Source of the DNA: Methanotrichaceae archaeon
Lineage (GTDB): Archaea > Halobacteriota > Methanosarcinia > Methanotrichales > Methanotrichaceae
Direction of reading: 5' to 3'
Length of the DNA: 64,000 nucleotides
Assembly (NCBI GenBank): GCA_963803145.1
Contig: CAWDLW010000008.1
Location: 192,001 to 256,000 of the forward strand
The notes beneath the pieces are model-generated. The model did no database searches. It was not told the origin of the DNA and worked only from the letters and a program-made list of their open reading frames with translations. Shown piece by piece: positions 10,314-19,503 of this stretch. Position numbers and translations under genes: made by a program. Position 1 is the stretch's first letter. The number at the start of each line of letters is the position of its first letter.

Positions 10314-10544
10314 TTCTCGTACACCCTTTGTATGTTTTAATCCAAGTGATTTAAGTTTATCCTACTACCGACACAAATATAGGCATAAATGAGATAGTAA
10401 TGTATTTAATATTTATGGATGGGCTGCGATCCAATAAATTATACGCTTATTTAATAACCGATATATTCTAAGAATCCTAATAGTAATGATATTACTTACT
10501 TATCATTAGATCATTCTTAAATTATTGCAAATCAAGTATTACCT

Positions 10545-11939
10545 ATGAATAAAAAAGCCCATTTCACAGTCATAATACTTTTCTTAATAACCTTTTTATC
10601 TGCAGGTATCTGCAGCGGCTTCAACGTATCCCCTCTGCAGGGAGACGAGCCGACTGGAGGCCAGTGGAAGACAATAGTCCTGGGATCAGGGGATTCCATA
10701 CGGCTTGTTCCGCCACCTAATGCAAGCACTCAGAACACAGAGATCCAGGAGCTTTTGAAGCTACAGGATGAGCGAACGCCAAGTATTGTCAAGACAATTG
10801 AATTCTGGGATGTCGGCTCATCTGTTCGGTGGAACGAGATAGCCAGGAACCTTGTGATAAAGCATAAGACAGATCCTCCCATGGCATCCAGGGTTTATGC
10901 GCTCTTGAGCATTGCCCAATATGACGCACTTATAACAGCCTGGAACAATAAATACTACTTTAAACGCCCAGCTCCCAACCAGGTGAACGGAGACCTCTTC
11001 CCATTTGTGTCGACTACAAAAGACCCAGTTTACCCGTCAGATCACGCTGTAGTGGCCGCTGCATCAGCAACTGTATTGGAGTACATTTACCCGGATGAAG
11101 CTGCCTACTTAGATCAAAAGGTCAAGGAGGATGAGGCGTCACGCCTTTGGGCCGGAGTCAACTATCCGAGCGATATATCTGCAGGCAATGCGTTGGGCAT
11201 GAAGGTTGGAGGAAAGGTGGTTGATAGGGCCAAGACAGATGGATCTGATGCCAAAGGAAACATAACTATGCCCAAAGGTCCCGGATACTGGACAGGCACA
11301 AATCCCCTAAGGCCGCTTTGGGGAAAGGTTAGGCCATGTTTGGTGGATAACATTACCCAGTTCCGCCCGAGCCCTCCTCCCGCATATGGCTCCCCTGAGT
11401 TCAATGCGGCTTTAAGTGAGGTAAGACAGATCTCAGATACCCGCACAAAATGGCAAACTCAAATAGCAGAGAAATGGGCAGACGGCGCAGGCACAGCCAC
11501 GCCTTCAGGCCACTGGAACCAGATCGCATGCGATCTCATTAATAACTCTCATTTAAGCGAGCTTAGGTCTGCCAGGGCATTGGCATTGATGAATATGGGG
11601 ATGATGGATGCAGGAATATGCTGCTGGGAGGCCAAATATTATTACTGCCTTATCCGGCCATGGCAGGCAGACCCGAAGATAACGACTGCAGTTGCCAAGC
11701 CGAACTTCCCATCGTACACATCGGGCCATTCCGACTTCTCATCGGCTGCAGCCGAGGTCCTGGATTACATATTCCCGAGCGATAAATCCCAGGTAGATTC
11801 GATGGCAGAGGAGGCGGGAATTTCAAGGCTTTATGGCGGAATACATTATAGATTCGATATCGATAAGGGCAGCGAGGTTGGAAGGATGATGGGACGTATG
11901 GCGGTGGAGCGCGGGATTGCAGACGGGTCACCGCAGTAG
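10545..11939 (+). CDS. Secreted PAP2 / vanadium-dependent haloperoxidase-family protein
   Basis: Signal peptide; KYYYCLIRP, SYTSGH, SRLYGGIHY in C-half; degenerate copy (KYYFKRP, YPSDH, SRLWAGVNY) in N-half. Confidence 0.88.
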   Translation: MNKKAHFTVIILFLITFLSAGICSGFNVSPLQGDEPTGGQWKTIVLGSGDSIRLVPPPNASTQNTEIQELLKLQDERTPSIVKTIEFWDVGSSVRWNEIARNLVIKHKTDPPMASRVYALLSIAQYDALITAWNNKYYFKRPAPNQVNGDLFPFVSTTKDPVYPSDHAVVAAASATVLEYIYPDEAAYLDQKVKEDEASRLWAGVNYPSDISAGNALGMKVGGKVVDRAKTDGSDAKGNITMPKGPGYWTGTNPLRPLWGKVRPCLVDNITQFRPSPPPAYGSPEFNAALSEVRQISDTRTKWQTQIAEKWADGAGTATPSGHWNQIACDLINNSHLSELRSARALALMNMGMMDAGICCWEAKYYYCLIRPWQADPKITTAVAKPNFPSYTSGHSDFSSAAAEVLDYIFPSDKSQVDSMAEEAGISRLYGGIHYRFDIDKGSEVGRMMGRMAVERGIADGSPQ

Positions 11940-12083
11940 TAACAACAGCAGATGGTTTGTGTTGCCGGGCATAAGGAGCACGACCATCTACCTATTTTTT
12001 CTCTTAAAAATCCCACGGTTTTTGGAGTCCGTCCCTCAGTATCATTTTCAGGGCTTTTTTGTCACTCTGGGTTGGTAGGAGGT

Positions 12084-12263
12084 TCACAACTCATATTCGA
12101 TATCTTCCGGGCTTAGGAGCGGTATGCCTGCATCTATTATTTTCTGCCGGAGTGCCAGGAGTCGACGTCCGCGTGGAGTTTTAGGGGAAAAAGACTCAAC
12201 ACTGTGTCCGTGAGATCTTTTAACGGCTTTAGATTTGGATATGCTCATACTATCATCCTTCAT
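12084..12263 (-). CDS. Small ORF (59 aa), possible antitoxin-like or chimeric remnant
   Basis: ATGA overlap with the MNT gene; MKDDSMSISK...PKTPRGRRLLALRQKIIDAGIPLLSPEDIEYEL. Confidence 0.45.
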   Translation of the reverse strand: MKDDSMSISKSKAVKRSHGHSVESFSPKTPRGRRLLALRQKIIDAGIPLLSPEDIEYEL

Positions 12264-12556
12264 AAAGGAGTAGCCTCGGCTAGCACTCGGTCTCTAATAT
12301 ACCAGTGAAGGGCTTTATCGCTAACCACATCTACTTTTCGTCCCAAAAGGTCTTCGAGATCCTGCATAAGGGCTACGTGATCCATCAAGCTTGTACCTGG
12401 TTCCATCTCAACAAGAATGTCCAGGTCGCTCTCAGGCCCGGCCTCTCCTTTAGCCACTGAGCCAAAGACCCGTACGTTGTGGGCACCGTGCCTGGCAGCT
12501 ATGGCTAAAATCTCCTGGCGCTTGGATTTTAGCATTTCACCGATTTTCATGGGCAT
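12260..12556 (-). CDS. Minimal nucleotidyltransferase (MntA-type antitoxin)
   Basis: VFGSVAKGEAGPESDLDILV (GS..DxD), LEDLLGRKVDVV. Confidence 0.92.
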   Translation of the reverse strand: MPMKIGEMLKSKRQEILAIAARHGAHNVRVFGSVAKGEAGPESDLDILVEMEPGTSLMDHVALMQDLEDLLGRKVDVVSDKALHWYIRDRVLAEATPL

Positions 12557-12814
12557 ATCTTATCGGGCTCTGCTGTATAGTGAAACATAATGAAACGCAT
12601 TAAATTTATACGTTTTCTGCCACGACTTAAATATATTGATATGATCATTGATGGAGTTGGGCACATTCGACTATTCTCTCTTCGTTGTCATATTCTAACT
12701 GCTTTAGATTGGAATAATTGCATTAGATGTCTTCTTTCTTCAATAAATTTGCTAGGTGCCTAGAGTTTTATCAAAGTCTCATGATATTGATCCGCTTGTT
12801 TAAGCCGGAATGTA

Positions 12815-14164
12815 CTAAGTATGTATGTTTTTAAACTCATTCATGTTTTTTCTAGATATTATATGCCCGAGGTCTAGGAGAAGTTGCAGTGAATACATTA
12901 AATCGTACGCCTCCCCTATCATGAACTCTCCACGCTCCCAAATCATTATTTTCGGAACCCACTCTATGCCTAGCTCTTCTCTAGCGCTCTTGATTATATC
13001 GAATACCTTTTGGTCTTTTGCAGTTATCCTATCCCTTATACCTTGTACTTTGGCGGCATCAAGGTTATAGGACTGACGATTTGGGTTCTCTTCAGATCTT
13101 TTTCTTAGATCGATATATTGTTTGTAGTTATCCTCGAATATTTTGGCAGCCTCTGCGATCCTGGATTCATTCATTTTCTCATAAAGGTTCAATCTACATA
13201 AAGCCGAAGCCAGCTTTCCTATAGCATAGCTATCTATACGGCTAATATCTGCATTGCGGCCTTTCAGCTTATTTACTCGAAGTACGCTTTTCTCTATGGC
13301 TTTTATCAGATCATCATCGATCGGAGGCTTGATCATCTGAGCATGAATTATGAAATCAGTGATATCTTGATCGTAGGTTGCTTCCTTACTCTTGTATTTA
13401 GCATCTCTTATGTCGGCTGCCACCTGGATTGGCATGATGTCATTGGGACCAATATTATAGAGATAATTGTAAGAGATCTCATGGCAAGATCCCATCGATC
13501 TCCTATGCTCTACATCAGAATATGTTCTTTTATCATCTATGTTGTAATATTCATACGAGCCGTTAGAAGTAGGAGTTCTAAGGTCTATAGGTAATATCTT
13601 ATCTGTGAAGCGTTTTATATCTTTCAGAGATTGTCTAGTGCTGCCATACTCTGAGAAGGATTCACCTCCCGTTCCTCCGTTGCCCCATGATCCCTCAGGA
13701 CATGACACTAGCAAAACGGCTAAGGTCCAATCAAGATTATCTTTGTCGGCATCTTTCCAGTAAGAGCCAATCCGATTTATGAATACATCTTTTTTAAATT
13801 CGTCCTTAAGCTCTAAGAACCTTAGAATAGCTTCATCTCTGTATAGATTGGGTTTCCCTAGATCTAGATCGAGGGGATTTATCTCGGCGACTTTAACAGC
13901 ATCGTAATACCGCAGTGGGATTATTCCGCTTACATCCCATTTAGCAGAGCCCTCTGTATCTACCCATACAAACGCATTATCTGGCGGCGAAATGTCATTG
14001 GGTAACCTATAGGCGTCTGGAGAATATATTTCGGTGTACTTGGATTTGCGTAATTTTATGGTGTTCCTATTTAGGTATTTAACATATCCAGCAGGAATAT
14101 TGAAAAGGCCGCTTTCGCATGATGCGAATCCAGTTGTTCTATTCTTCAAGCTGACCTTCGACAT
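12815..14164 (-). CDS. Hypothetical protein, probable degenerate MCM-like AAA+ protein
   Basis: 449-aa AT-rich ORF; C-terminal third resembles the MCM lid plus a winged helix; no intact Walker A. Confidence 0.7.
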   Translation of the reverse strand: MSKVSLKNRTTGFASCESGLFNIPAGYVKYLNRNTIKLRKSKYTEIYSPDAYRLPNDISPPDNAFVWVDTEGSAKWDVSGIIPLRYYDAVKVAEINPLDLDLGKPNLYRDEAILRFLELKDEFKKDVFINRIGSYWKDADKDNLDWTLAVLLVSCPEGSWGNGGTGGESFSEYGSTRQSLKDIKRFTDKILPIDLRTPTSNGSYEYYNIDDKRTYSDVEHRRSMGSCHEISYNYLYNIGPNDIMPIQVAADIRDAKYKSKEATYDQDITDFIIHAQMIKPPIDDDLIKAIEKSVLRVNKLKGRNADISRIDSYAIGKLASALCRLNLYEKMNESRIAEAAKIFEDNYKQYIDLRKRSEENPNRQSYNLDAAKVQGIRDRITAKDQKVFDIIKSAREELGIEWVPKIMIWERGEFMIGEAYDLMYSLQLLLDLGHIISRKNMNEFKNIHT

Positions 14165-14393
14165 ATGGCGATCTAGTCTCTACCGCAATAAAAGCTTTTA
14201 GCTGATCAGCAAGGACCTCCTCAATTGTTCGGCGATATTTTTCCCAGGGATGTATGCCAAAAGCGTACATTGTAATATAGGTGCAATTATAGATTTTAGG
14301 TTGATAGACGGCATAGATACATGGTTTGTCCTCTCTTTTTATGGCGTTTTCTTTTACTATTAGCCGTGTATAGTCAGCACCGTAAAACATCAA
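14139..14393 (-). CDS. Hypothetical protein or truncated gene fragment overlapping the MCM-like gene start
   Basis: 84-aa AT-rich ORF with 26-bp overlap; no recognisable motif. Confidence 0.4.
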   Translation of the reverse strand: MMFYGADYTRLIVKENAIKREDKPCIYAVYQPKIYNCTYITMYAFGIHPWEKYRRTIEEVLADQLKAFIAVETRSPYVEGQLEE

Positions 14394-14437
14394 GCTAATT
14401 ATATAAGCTCACAATGCACGTCAATCTTGGTGATGAA

Positions 14438-14603
14438 ATGAGCTTCAAAGCAAAAAAACGAAAACAACGTCTTGAAGACTCTTGGGAAGCTAGACCTTAA
14501 GGAAGGTGAAGTGGTGGATATTGAATTAAAGGAAAGAAGCATCTTTTGCCTCTTGAAAGGTTGGAAGATCGATTCTCAATCCCTGAAGGACGAGCTGAGG
14601 GGG
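14438..14603 (+). pseudogene. DUF104/AF2212-like antitoxin, frameshifted and 3'-truncated
   Basis: MSFKAK then a frameshift in the A7 run (14452-14458), then ENNVLKTLGKLDLKEGEVVDIELK...DSQSLKDELR; paralog of 16419-16595. Confidence 0.75.
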
Positions 14604-14755
14604 AACTCCTCCAGGTAAAGCTCCGTTGCCTCTTTGAGATTGGTCACAGCCTCTTCGATCGTCTTCCCCTGGCTCACAGTACCAACTTCAGGGCAATCAG
14701 CGACAAACATATCCTCTTCTTTGTGAATAACGGCCGTGAAGATTTGCGTGTTCAT
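14576..14755 (-). CDS. HicB-like antitoxin, orphan, C-terminus probably truncated
   Basis: MNTQIFTAVIHKEEDMFVADCPEVGTVSQGKTIEEAVTNLKEATELYLEE; 3' end runs into the convergent DUF104 remnant. Confidence 0.8.
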   Translation of the reverse strand: MNTQIFTAVIHKEEDMFVADCPEVGTVSQGKTIEEAVTNLKEATELYLEEFPLSSSFRD

Positions 14756-15009
14756 ATATCCAGAATTAATGGCACCTCTTCTAATTAAAGATCATGCTTC
14801 AGTATTTCCTGAAATTGGATGTATGTGTCACACAGGCGTTCAAATCTATCTTGCAGCGTCCGCACTCATCTCGCAGTTGCCTGGCATCATCTGTGCTACG
14901 GGCGAGTTAATGCCTCTGGCCTAATTCAAATATTATTTATCCTAACAAGCTATTTCTATTTTCAAGAATCGAGAATCGTGAGTCAAGGGTCAAGAATTAC
15001 GAGGTTGGA

Positions 15010-15204
15010 ATGTCAGAGGGCCCGAATATAAAGATCCAGGTGGTCTATGAGGGAGGTGTCTTCAAGCCCCTGCAGGATGTAGATCTGCGTGAGGGAACGA
15101 AGGCTTTCGTCGTCCTAAAGCCTGGAACGATAACCAGCGTGGCCAGGAAATGTAGGATTAAAGTAGGCCAGGATGTAATGTCGGAGTTCATCGAGAAGAG
15201 ATGA
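15010..15204 (+). CDS. DUF104/AF2212-like antitoxin
   Basis: IQVVYEGGVFKPLQDVDLREG signature. Confidence 0.85.
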   Translation: MSEGPNIKIQVVYEGGVFKPLQDVDLREGTKAFVVLKPGTITSVARKCRIKVGQDVMSEFIEKR

Positions 15205-15259
15205 AATTAGTATTGAATGCCCCAATCACAATAGATCCGATCGCTGAATATCGAGAGCT

Positions 15260-15484
15260 TCACAGCAGTCTTTCCAGATCATCCCTGCTGATGCCTGCAT
15301 CCTCCAGGATCTGAAGCAAAGTTCCTTTGGCTATCTCTTTACTATGGCAGGGTACAGTCACCCGTCTTTTTGTCTCAGGATGTGCAAAAATAAAGTGGCT
15401 TCCTGTTGTCCTTTTTAGCACGAAGCCTTTTTTCTCGAGTATTTTTATAACTTTATCTGAAGTGAGCGGCGGCAGCTTAGGCAT
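15260..15484 (-). CDS. hicA: HicA-family toxin
   Basis: LEKKGF..KRTTGSH...VTVPCH..IAKGTLLQIL..AGI. Confidence 0.92.
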   Translation of the reverse strand: MPKLPPLTSDKVIKILEKKGFVLKRTTGSHFIFAHPETKRRVTVPCHSKEIAKGTLLQILEDAGISRDDLERLL

Positions 15485-15710
15485 GAGCCTCCACTGTCAG
15501 CCTGCACTCAAGAATCTCCTCCTCTATAGGAACTTCTTCACCGTCCTCGATGAGGCTCTCAACATATCCTTTGATGGCATCCTTTGCCATCTCAATGGCC
15601 TCCTCAACGGTCTTACCATAGGTAACGCATCCAGGTAGGGTGGGAACAAGCACGGTATATCCTCCCTCTGGCTCTTTCCGAAGAATTATCCGATAGCTTA
15701 GCTGAGGCAT
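15477..15710 (-). CDS. hicB: HicB-family antitoxin
   Basis: Likely start MPQLSY; EGGYTVLVPTLPGCVTYGKTVEEAIEMAKDAI; overlaps hicA start. Confidence 0.9.
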   Translation of the reverse strand: MPQLSYRIILRKEPEGGYTVLVPTLPGCVTYGKTVEEAIEMAKDAIKGYVESLIEDGEEVPIEEEILECRLTVEAHA

Positions 15711-16000
15711 TGAAATTACTATCGGAGTCTTGCTATATATCTTCAATGGATGTGCAGGAAAATTATGCTTTCCAAGATTAGAGGTATTTTAATTGTAGGA
15801 AAAATACCTTAACGGTTTTTATGATGAACTGAGTAACTTTACTGGATCATTGGCGAGCTATCTTTATCATGCTAGCGATAAATAAAAGCAGCTCTTTGAA
15901 GAGTTATATACCACTTGAAGTAGTTTAGAAATAACAAGTTACTTCTAGACAAACACTAGCATAGGGATATCTAAGCTGAACGCTTGAGGGAGATATAGCC

Positions 16001-16327
16001 ATGCAAGACAATAACCCCGGAAATAATCAAGAAAAGAAGCACTTTGCAATCAAGCTCATTCCACCCAGGCCAACCTTCCACCTGGATATGTCAGAGAATG
16101 AAAAAGATATAATGAAACAGCATGCTGCATACTGGAATGATTTAGTCAGCAAAGGAATAGTTATCGTCTTTGGGCCTGTACTTGATCCCAAAGGCGTTTA
16201 TGGTCTTGGAATCCTTGAAGTTGAAACTGAAGCTCAAGCCCATGCATTCATAGCAGAGGATCCGGCTGTTAAATCCGGGCTTGTGGAGATGGAAATCTAT
16301 CCGATACTTGCAACTGTGCGAAGATAA
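16001..16327 (+). CDS. YciI-family protein
   Basis: H..YW...GPV..P.G..GL......A..F...DPAV..G. Confidence 0.85.
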   Translation: MQDNNPGNNQEKKHFAIKLIPPRPTFHLDMSENEKDIMKQHAAYWNDLVSKGIVIVFGPVLDPKGVYGLGILEVETEAQAHAFIAEDPAVKSGLVEMEIYPILATVRR

Positions 16328-16418
16328 GGGTTCTGAATTGGAACATCTTGGCTGTAATCTGCTTTCATCCCTAGGCTAATTATTTAACCTCACAATGTAA
16401 GTAAATCTCGGTGGCCGG

Positions 16419-16595
16419 ATGATCGTAAAGGCGGTTTATGAGAACAATGTCCTGAGGCCTCTTGAGAAGTTGGACCTGAAGGAAGGAGAAGAGGTGGATA
16501 TTGAATTAAAGAGAAAGAGCCTCTTCGGTTTATTGAAAGGTTGGAAGGTCGATTCTCAATCTCTAAAGGATGAGCTAAGAGAGATCAATGGCTAG
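16419..16595 (+). CDS. DUF104/AF2212-like antitoxin (58 aa)
   Basis: MIVKAVYENNVLRPLEKLDLKEGEEVDIELKRKSLFGLLKGWKVDSQSLKDELREING; below the ORF-track cutoff. Confidence 0.85.
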   Translation: MIVKAVYENNVLRPLEKLDLKEGEEVDIELKRKSLFGLLKGWKVDSQSLKDELREING

Positions 16596-16744
16596 ACTAT
16601 TTGGGGATACCTACGCGCTGATTGAGCTTCTTAATTTCTCTCGTGGATGCCCTTGGATATACTTGTTCTAGGCGGCTGGGAATCAAATTTTTGACGGAAG
16701 ACAAAGAGTTCAAATTCATGGAAAACGTCGAGTATGTCAAATAG
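16588..16744 (+). pseudogene. PIN/VapC toxin with large internal deletion
   Basis: N-terminus MARLFGDTYALIELL is joined out of frame to C-terminus ISLVDALGYTCSRRLGIKFLTEDKEFKFMENVEYVK; the central PIN core is missing. Confidence 0.8.
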
Positions 16745-16890
16745 CTGTTGGTGTGTATTCTATTCTTATAAAGCTCAGCTGGAGAGCGGAATTTCGTGAA
16801 GTTGCATGTCCCCCATATTTTGCGGATCCCCGACTGATAAAAATTAGTCATTCACAACGAATTTAAGCAAATGCCATCATAGTCAGCCTC

Positions 16891-18612
16891 ATGGATTCCC
16901 TTGAGGAGCTGATATCCGCCGCCAGATGCGAGATAGAAGTCGATCTTCTCCTTGAAGGCGCTGATATCGTGAACACCCTTTCGGGCGAGCTTCACAGAGC
17001 TGATGTTGCAATTCATAATGGTCGAATAATCGGCTTCGATTGCTCCAGCGTCAGAGAGACCATAGATCTCACCGGACTCATCCTCTCGCCAGGATTCATA
17101 GACGGCCACGTTCACATCGAGAGCGCAATGGTAACAGTGGCTGAATATGCAAGGACCGTTGTGCCGAAGGGAACAACCTCAGTGATCACCGATCCTCATG
17201 AGATCGCCAATGTCCTTGGCATCGAGGGAATCAAGTACATGCTCGACTCCTCAAGGCATGTTCCCCTGAACGTCTTCATAATGCTCTCATCCTGCGTTCC
17301 AGCAACGAATATGGAGACATCGGGCGCAGTCTTGGATGCCGATTCTCTGGCAGGCCTCATAAGCGATGATCGGGTCCTTGGCATCGCCGAGATGATGAAC
17401 TATCCGGGAGTGATCTTCCGAGACCCTGAGGTTCTGAAGAAGATCAGGCTTGCTGCCGCTTACAGAAAGCGCATTGATGGCCACTCTCCTAAACTCACAG
17501 GGAAAGATCTGACAGCCTACATTGCTGCAGGGATAACATCCGATCATGAGTGCACGTCTGTGGGCGAGGCCAGGGAGAAGCTTCGCCAGGGAATGTACAT
17601 CATGGTACGTGAAGGCAGTGCAGCCAAGAACCTTCTGGACCTTCTTCCGCTGATCACGCCCAAGAATTCAAGGCGCTTCATGTTTGTGTCGGACGACAGG
17701 CACCCTGCCGATATCCTGAAGGAAGGTCATATCGATTTCATGATCAGGACCGCAATCAAGCACGGCCTTGATCCGATTCTTGCGCTGCAGATTGCTAGCC
17801 TGAATGCAGCCGAATACTTCGGCCTGAGAGATCTTGGAGCTATTGCTCCCGGCTACAGGGCTGATATCGCAGTTCTAGATGACCTGGAATCGCCGAATGT
17901 TATGAAGGTTTTCAAAGATGGGCGGCTTGTAGCAGAGGATGGCGATCTTATAGCTCGACTTGAGGCGGCTCCTGCTCCTAAGAGCTCGGCGATGAGGATA
18001 GGAAGGATTGATGCAGGATCATTTGAAATCAGGGCTTTATCTTCGAAGGCCAGAGTGATCGGAGTAATTCCTGACCAGATAATCACAAAATCATTGGTCT
18101 GCGGAGTGAAGGCCGCCGAAGGCAGGATCGCCGCAGACACAGGTCGGGATATTCTGAAGATGGCTGTTATTGAACGCCATAAGGCTACTGGCAATGTAGG
18201 ACTCGGCCTCGTGAAGGGCTTTGGCCTCCAGACAGGAGCCATAGCCACCTCCGTTGCCCACGACTCGCACAACATAGCGGTTGTCGGCATCAGCTCAGAG
18301 GATATGTTCGCTTCTGTCCTAGCCGTGAAAGAAATGAACGGCGGGCTAGCAGTAGTAAAAGATGGCCTTCTGAAGGCAAGGCTTGCCCTGCCTGTCGCAG
18401 GCCTCATGTCCGAGAGGTATATGAGGGAGGTGGCAGACGGCATAGGTGATTGCATTGATGCGGCTCATAGTCTGGGCTGTGGTCTCAAGGACCCGTTCAT
18501 GACCTTGTCATTTTTGTGTTTGCCTGTTATACCTGAGCTGAAGCTGACTGATAAAGGATTGGTCGATGTAAATAAATTCGCTTTTGTGCCTTTGTTTGTT
18601 GAGGACGCTTGA
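16891..18612 (+). CDS. ade: Adenine deaminase
   Basis: PGFIDGHVHIES, DPHEIANV, EMMNYPG, DGH, DHE, REGSAAKN, SDDRH, SVAHDSHN. Confidence 0.96.
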   Translation: MDSLEELISAARCEIEVDLLLEGADIVNTLSGELHRADVAIHNGRIIGFDCSSVRETIDLTGLILSPGFIDGHVHIESAMVTVAEYARTVVPKGTTSVITDPHEIANVLGIEGIKYMLDSSRHVPLNVFIMLSSCVPATNMETSGAVLDADSLAGLISDDRVLGIAEMMNYPGVIFRDPEVLKKIRLAAAYRKRIDGHSPKLTGKDLTAYIAAGITSDHECTSVGEAREKLRQGMYIMVREGSAAKNLLDLLPLITPKNSRRFMFVSDDRHPADILKEGHIDFMIRTAIKHGLDPILALQIASLNAAEYFGLRDLGAIAPGYRADIAVLDDLESPNVMKVFKDGRLVAEDGDLIARLEAAPAPKSSAMRIGRIDAGSFEIRALSSKARVIGVIPDQIITKSLVCGVKAAEGRIAADTGRDILKMAVIERHKATGNVGLGLVKGFGLQTGAIATSVAHDSHNIAVVGISSEDMFASVLAVKEMNGGLAVVKDGLLKARLALPVAGLMSERYMREVADGIGDCIDAAHSLGCGLKDPFMTLSFLCLPVIPELKLTDKGLVDVNKFAFVPLFVEDA

Positions 18613-18726
18613 ATATGGAGTGGCTCATCCTGGTACGTTTAAGTTTCAAAAACCTGGCCTTATAAGATCTAACGGAAGGAAACCGTTAAACTCTTTTGAT
18701 ACAATCTTCGGGATCGGGTATATTTC

Positions 18727-19353
18727 ATGAAAGTTTCGATAATTCTTGCTCATCCCAGGTCAGGAAGCTTCAATCACGCCATTGCTGAGGTGGCCAGGAA
18801 AAGCCTGCAAAGCTGCGGCCACCAAGTCGCTTTCCATGACCTTTACCTGGAGAGATTCGATCCCGTCCTGCGCTACGAGGAGATTCCACAAAACGCTGCT
18901 GTAGATACGATCATCCAGAAGCATTGCGAGGAGATCTCCTCTGCAGAGGGAATAATCGTCGTCCATCCCAACTGGTGGGGTATGCCTCCGTCTATTCTCA
19001 AGGGATGGGTAGACAGGGTCATTAGGCCCGGTGTGGCTTATAAGTTCCTGGAAGGAGATAGTGGCGAGGGTGTGCCCCTTGGGCTGCTCAGGGCCAGGAA
19101 AGCAATAGTTTTTAACACATCTAATACTTCTCCAGAGCGAGAGCATCAGGTATTCGGCGATCCCCTGGAAACGATCTGGAATAACTGTATCTTCCATCTT
19201 TGTGGAGTAAAGGAGTTTCACAGGAGGACCTATTGTGTAGTTGTGACCAGCACGCTAGAGCAGCGAAAAGTTTGGCTGGAGGACGTAAGAAAAACAGTCG
19301 CAGAGTGTTTTCCGGAGGACAGAGAGAGCACGGGGACTTATGAAAATGGATGA
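18727..19353 (+). CDS. NAD(P)H-dependent quinone oxidoreductase, flavodoxin-like fold
   Basis: AHPRSGSFNHAI, DLY..RFDP, PNWWGMPPSILKGWVDRV. Confidence 0.9.
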   Translation: MKVSIILAHPRSGSFNHAIAEVARKSLQSCGHQVAFHDLYLERFDPVLRYEEIPQNAAVDTIIQKHCEEISSAEGIIVVHPNWWGMPPSILKGWVDRVIRPGVAYKFLEGDSGEGVPLGLLRARKAIVFNTSNTSPEREHQVFGDPLETIWNNCIFHLCGVKEFHRRTYCVVVTSTLEQRKVWLEDVRKTVAECFPEDRESTGTYENG

Positions 19354-19503
19354 GGAAACCATCAGACAGAAGGCTCATAGATTGAAGGCTTGCCTCTGCC
19401 ATCCTCGCTCAACCGAAGTCCAGTCGATAAGAAAGCAGTCCTGCTCACTGACTGCTTGCCGACCAAAAGCTTTTTCGCCCGATTATCTGCTTAAGGATCA
19501 ATC

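Noticed and set aside
12084-16744. TA island as an integrated provirus or plasmid
   Set aside because: No integrase, att repeat, tRNA target or structural genes seen
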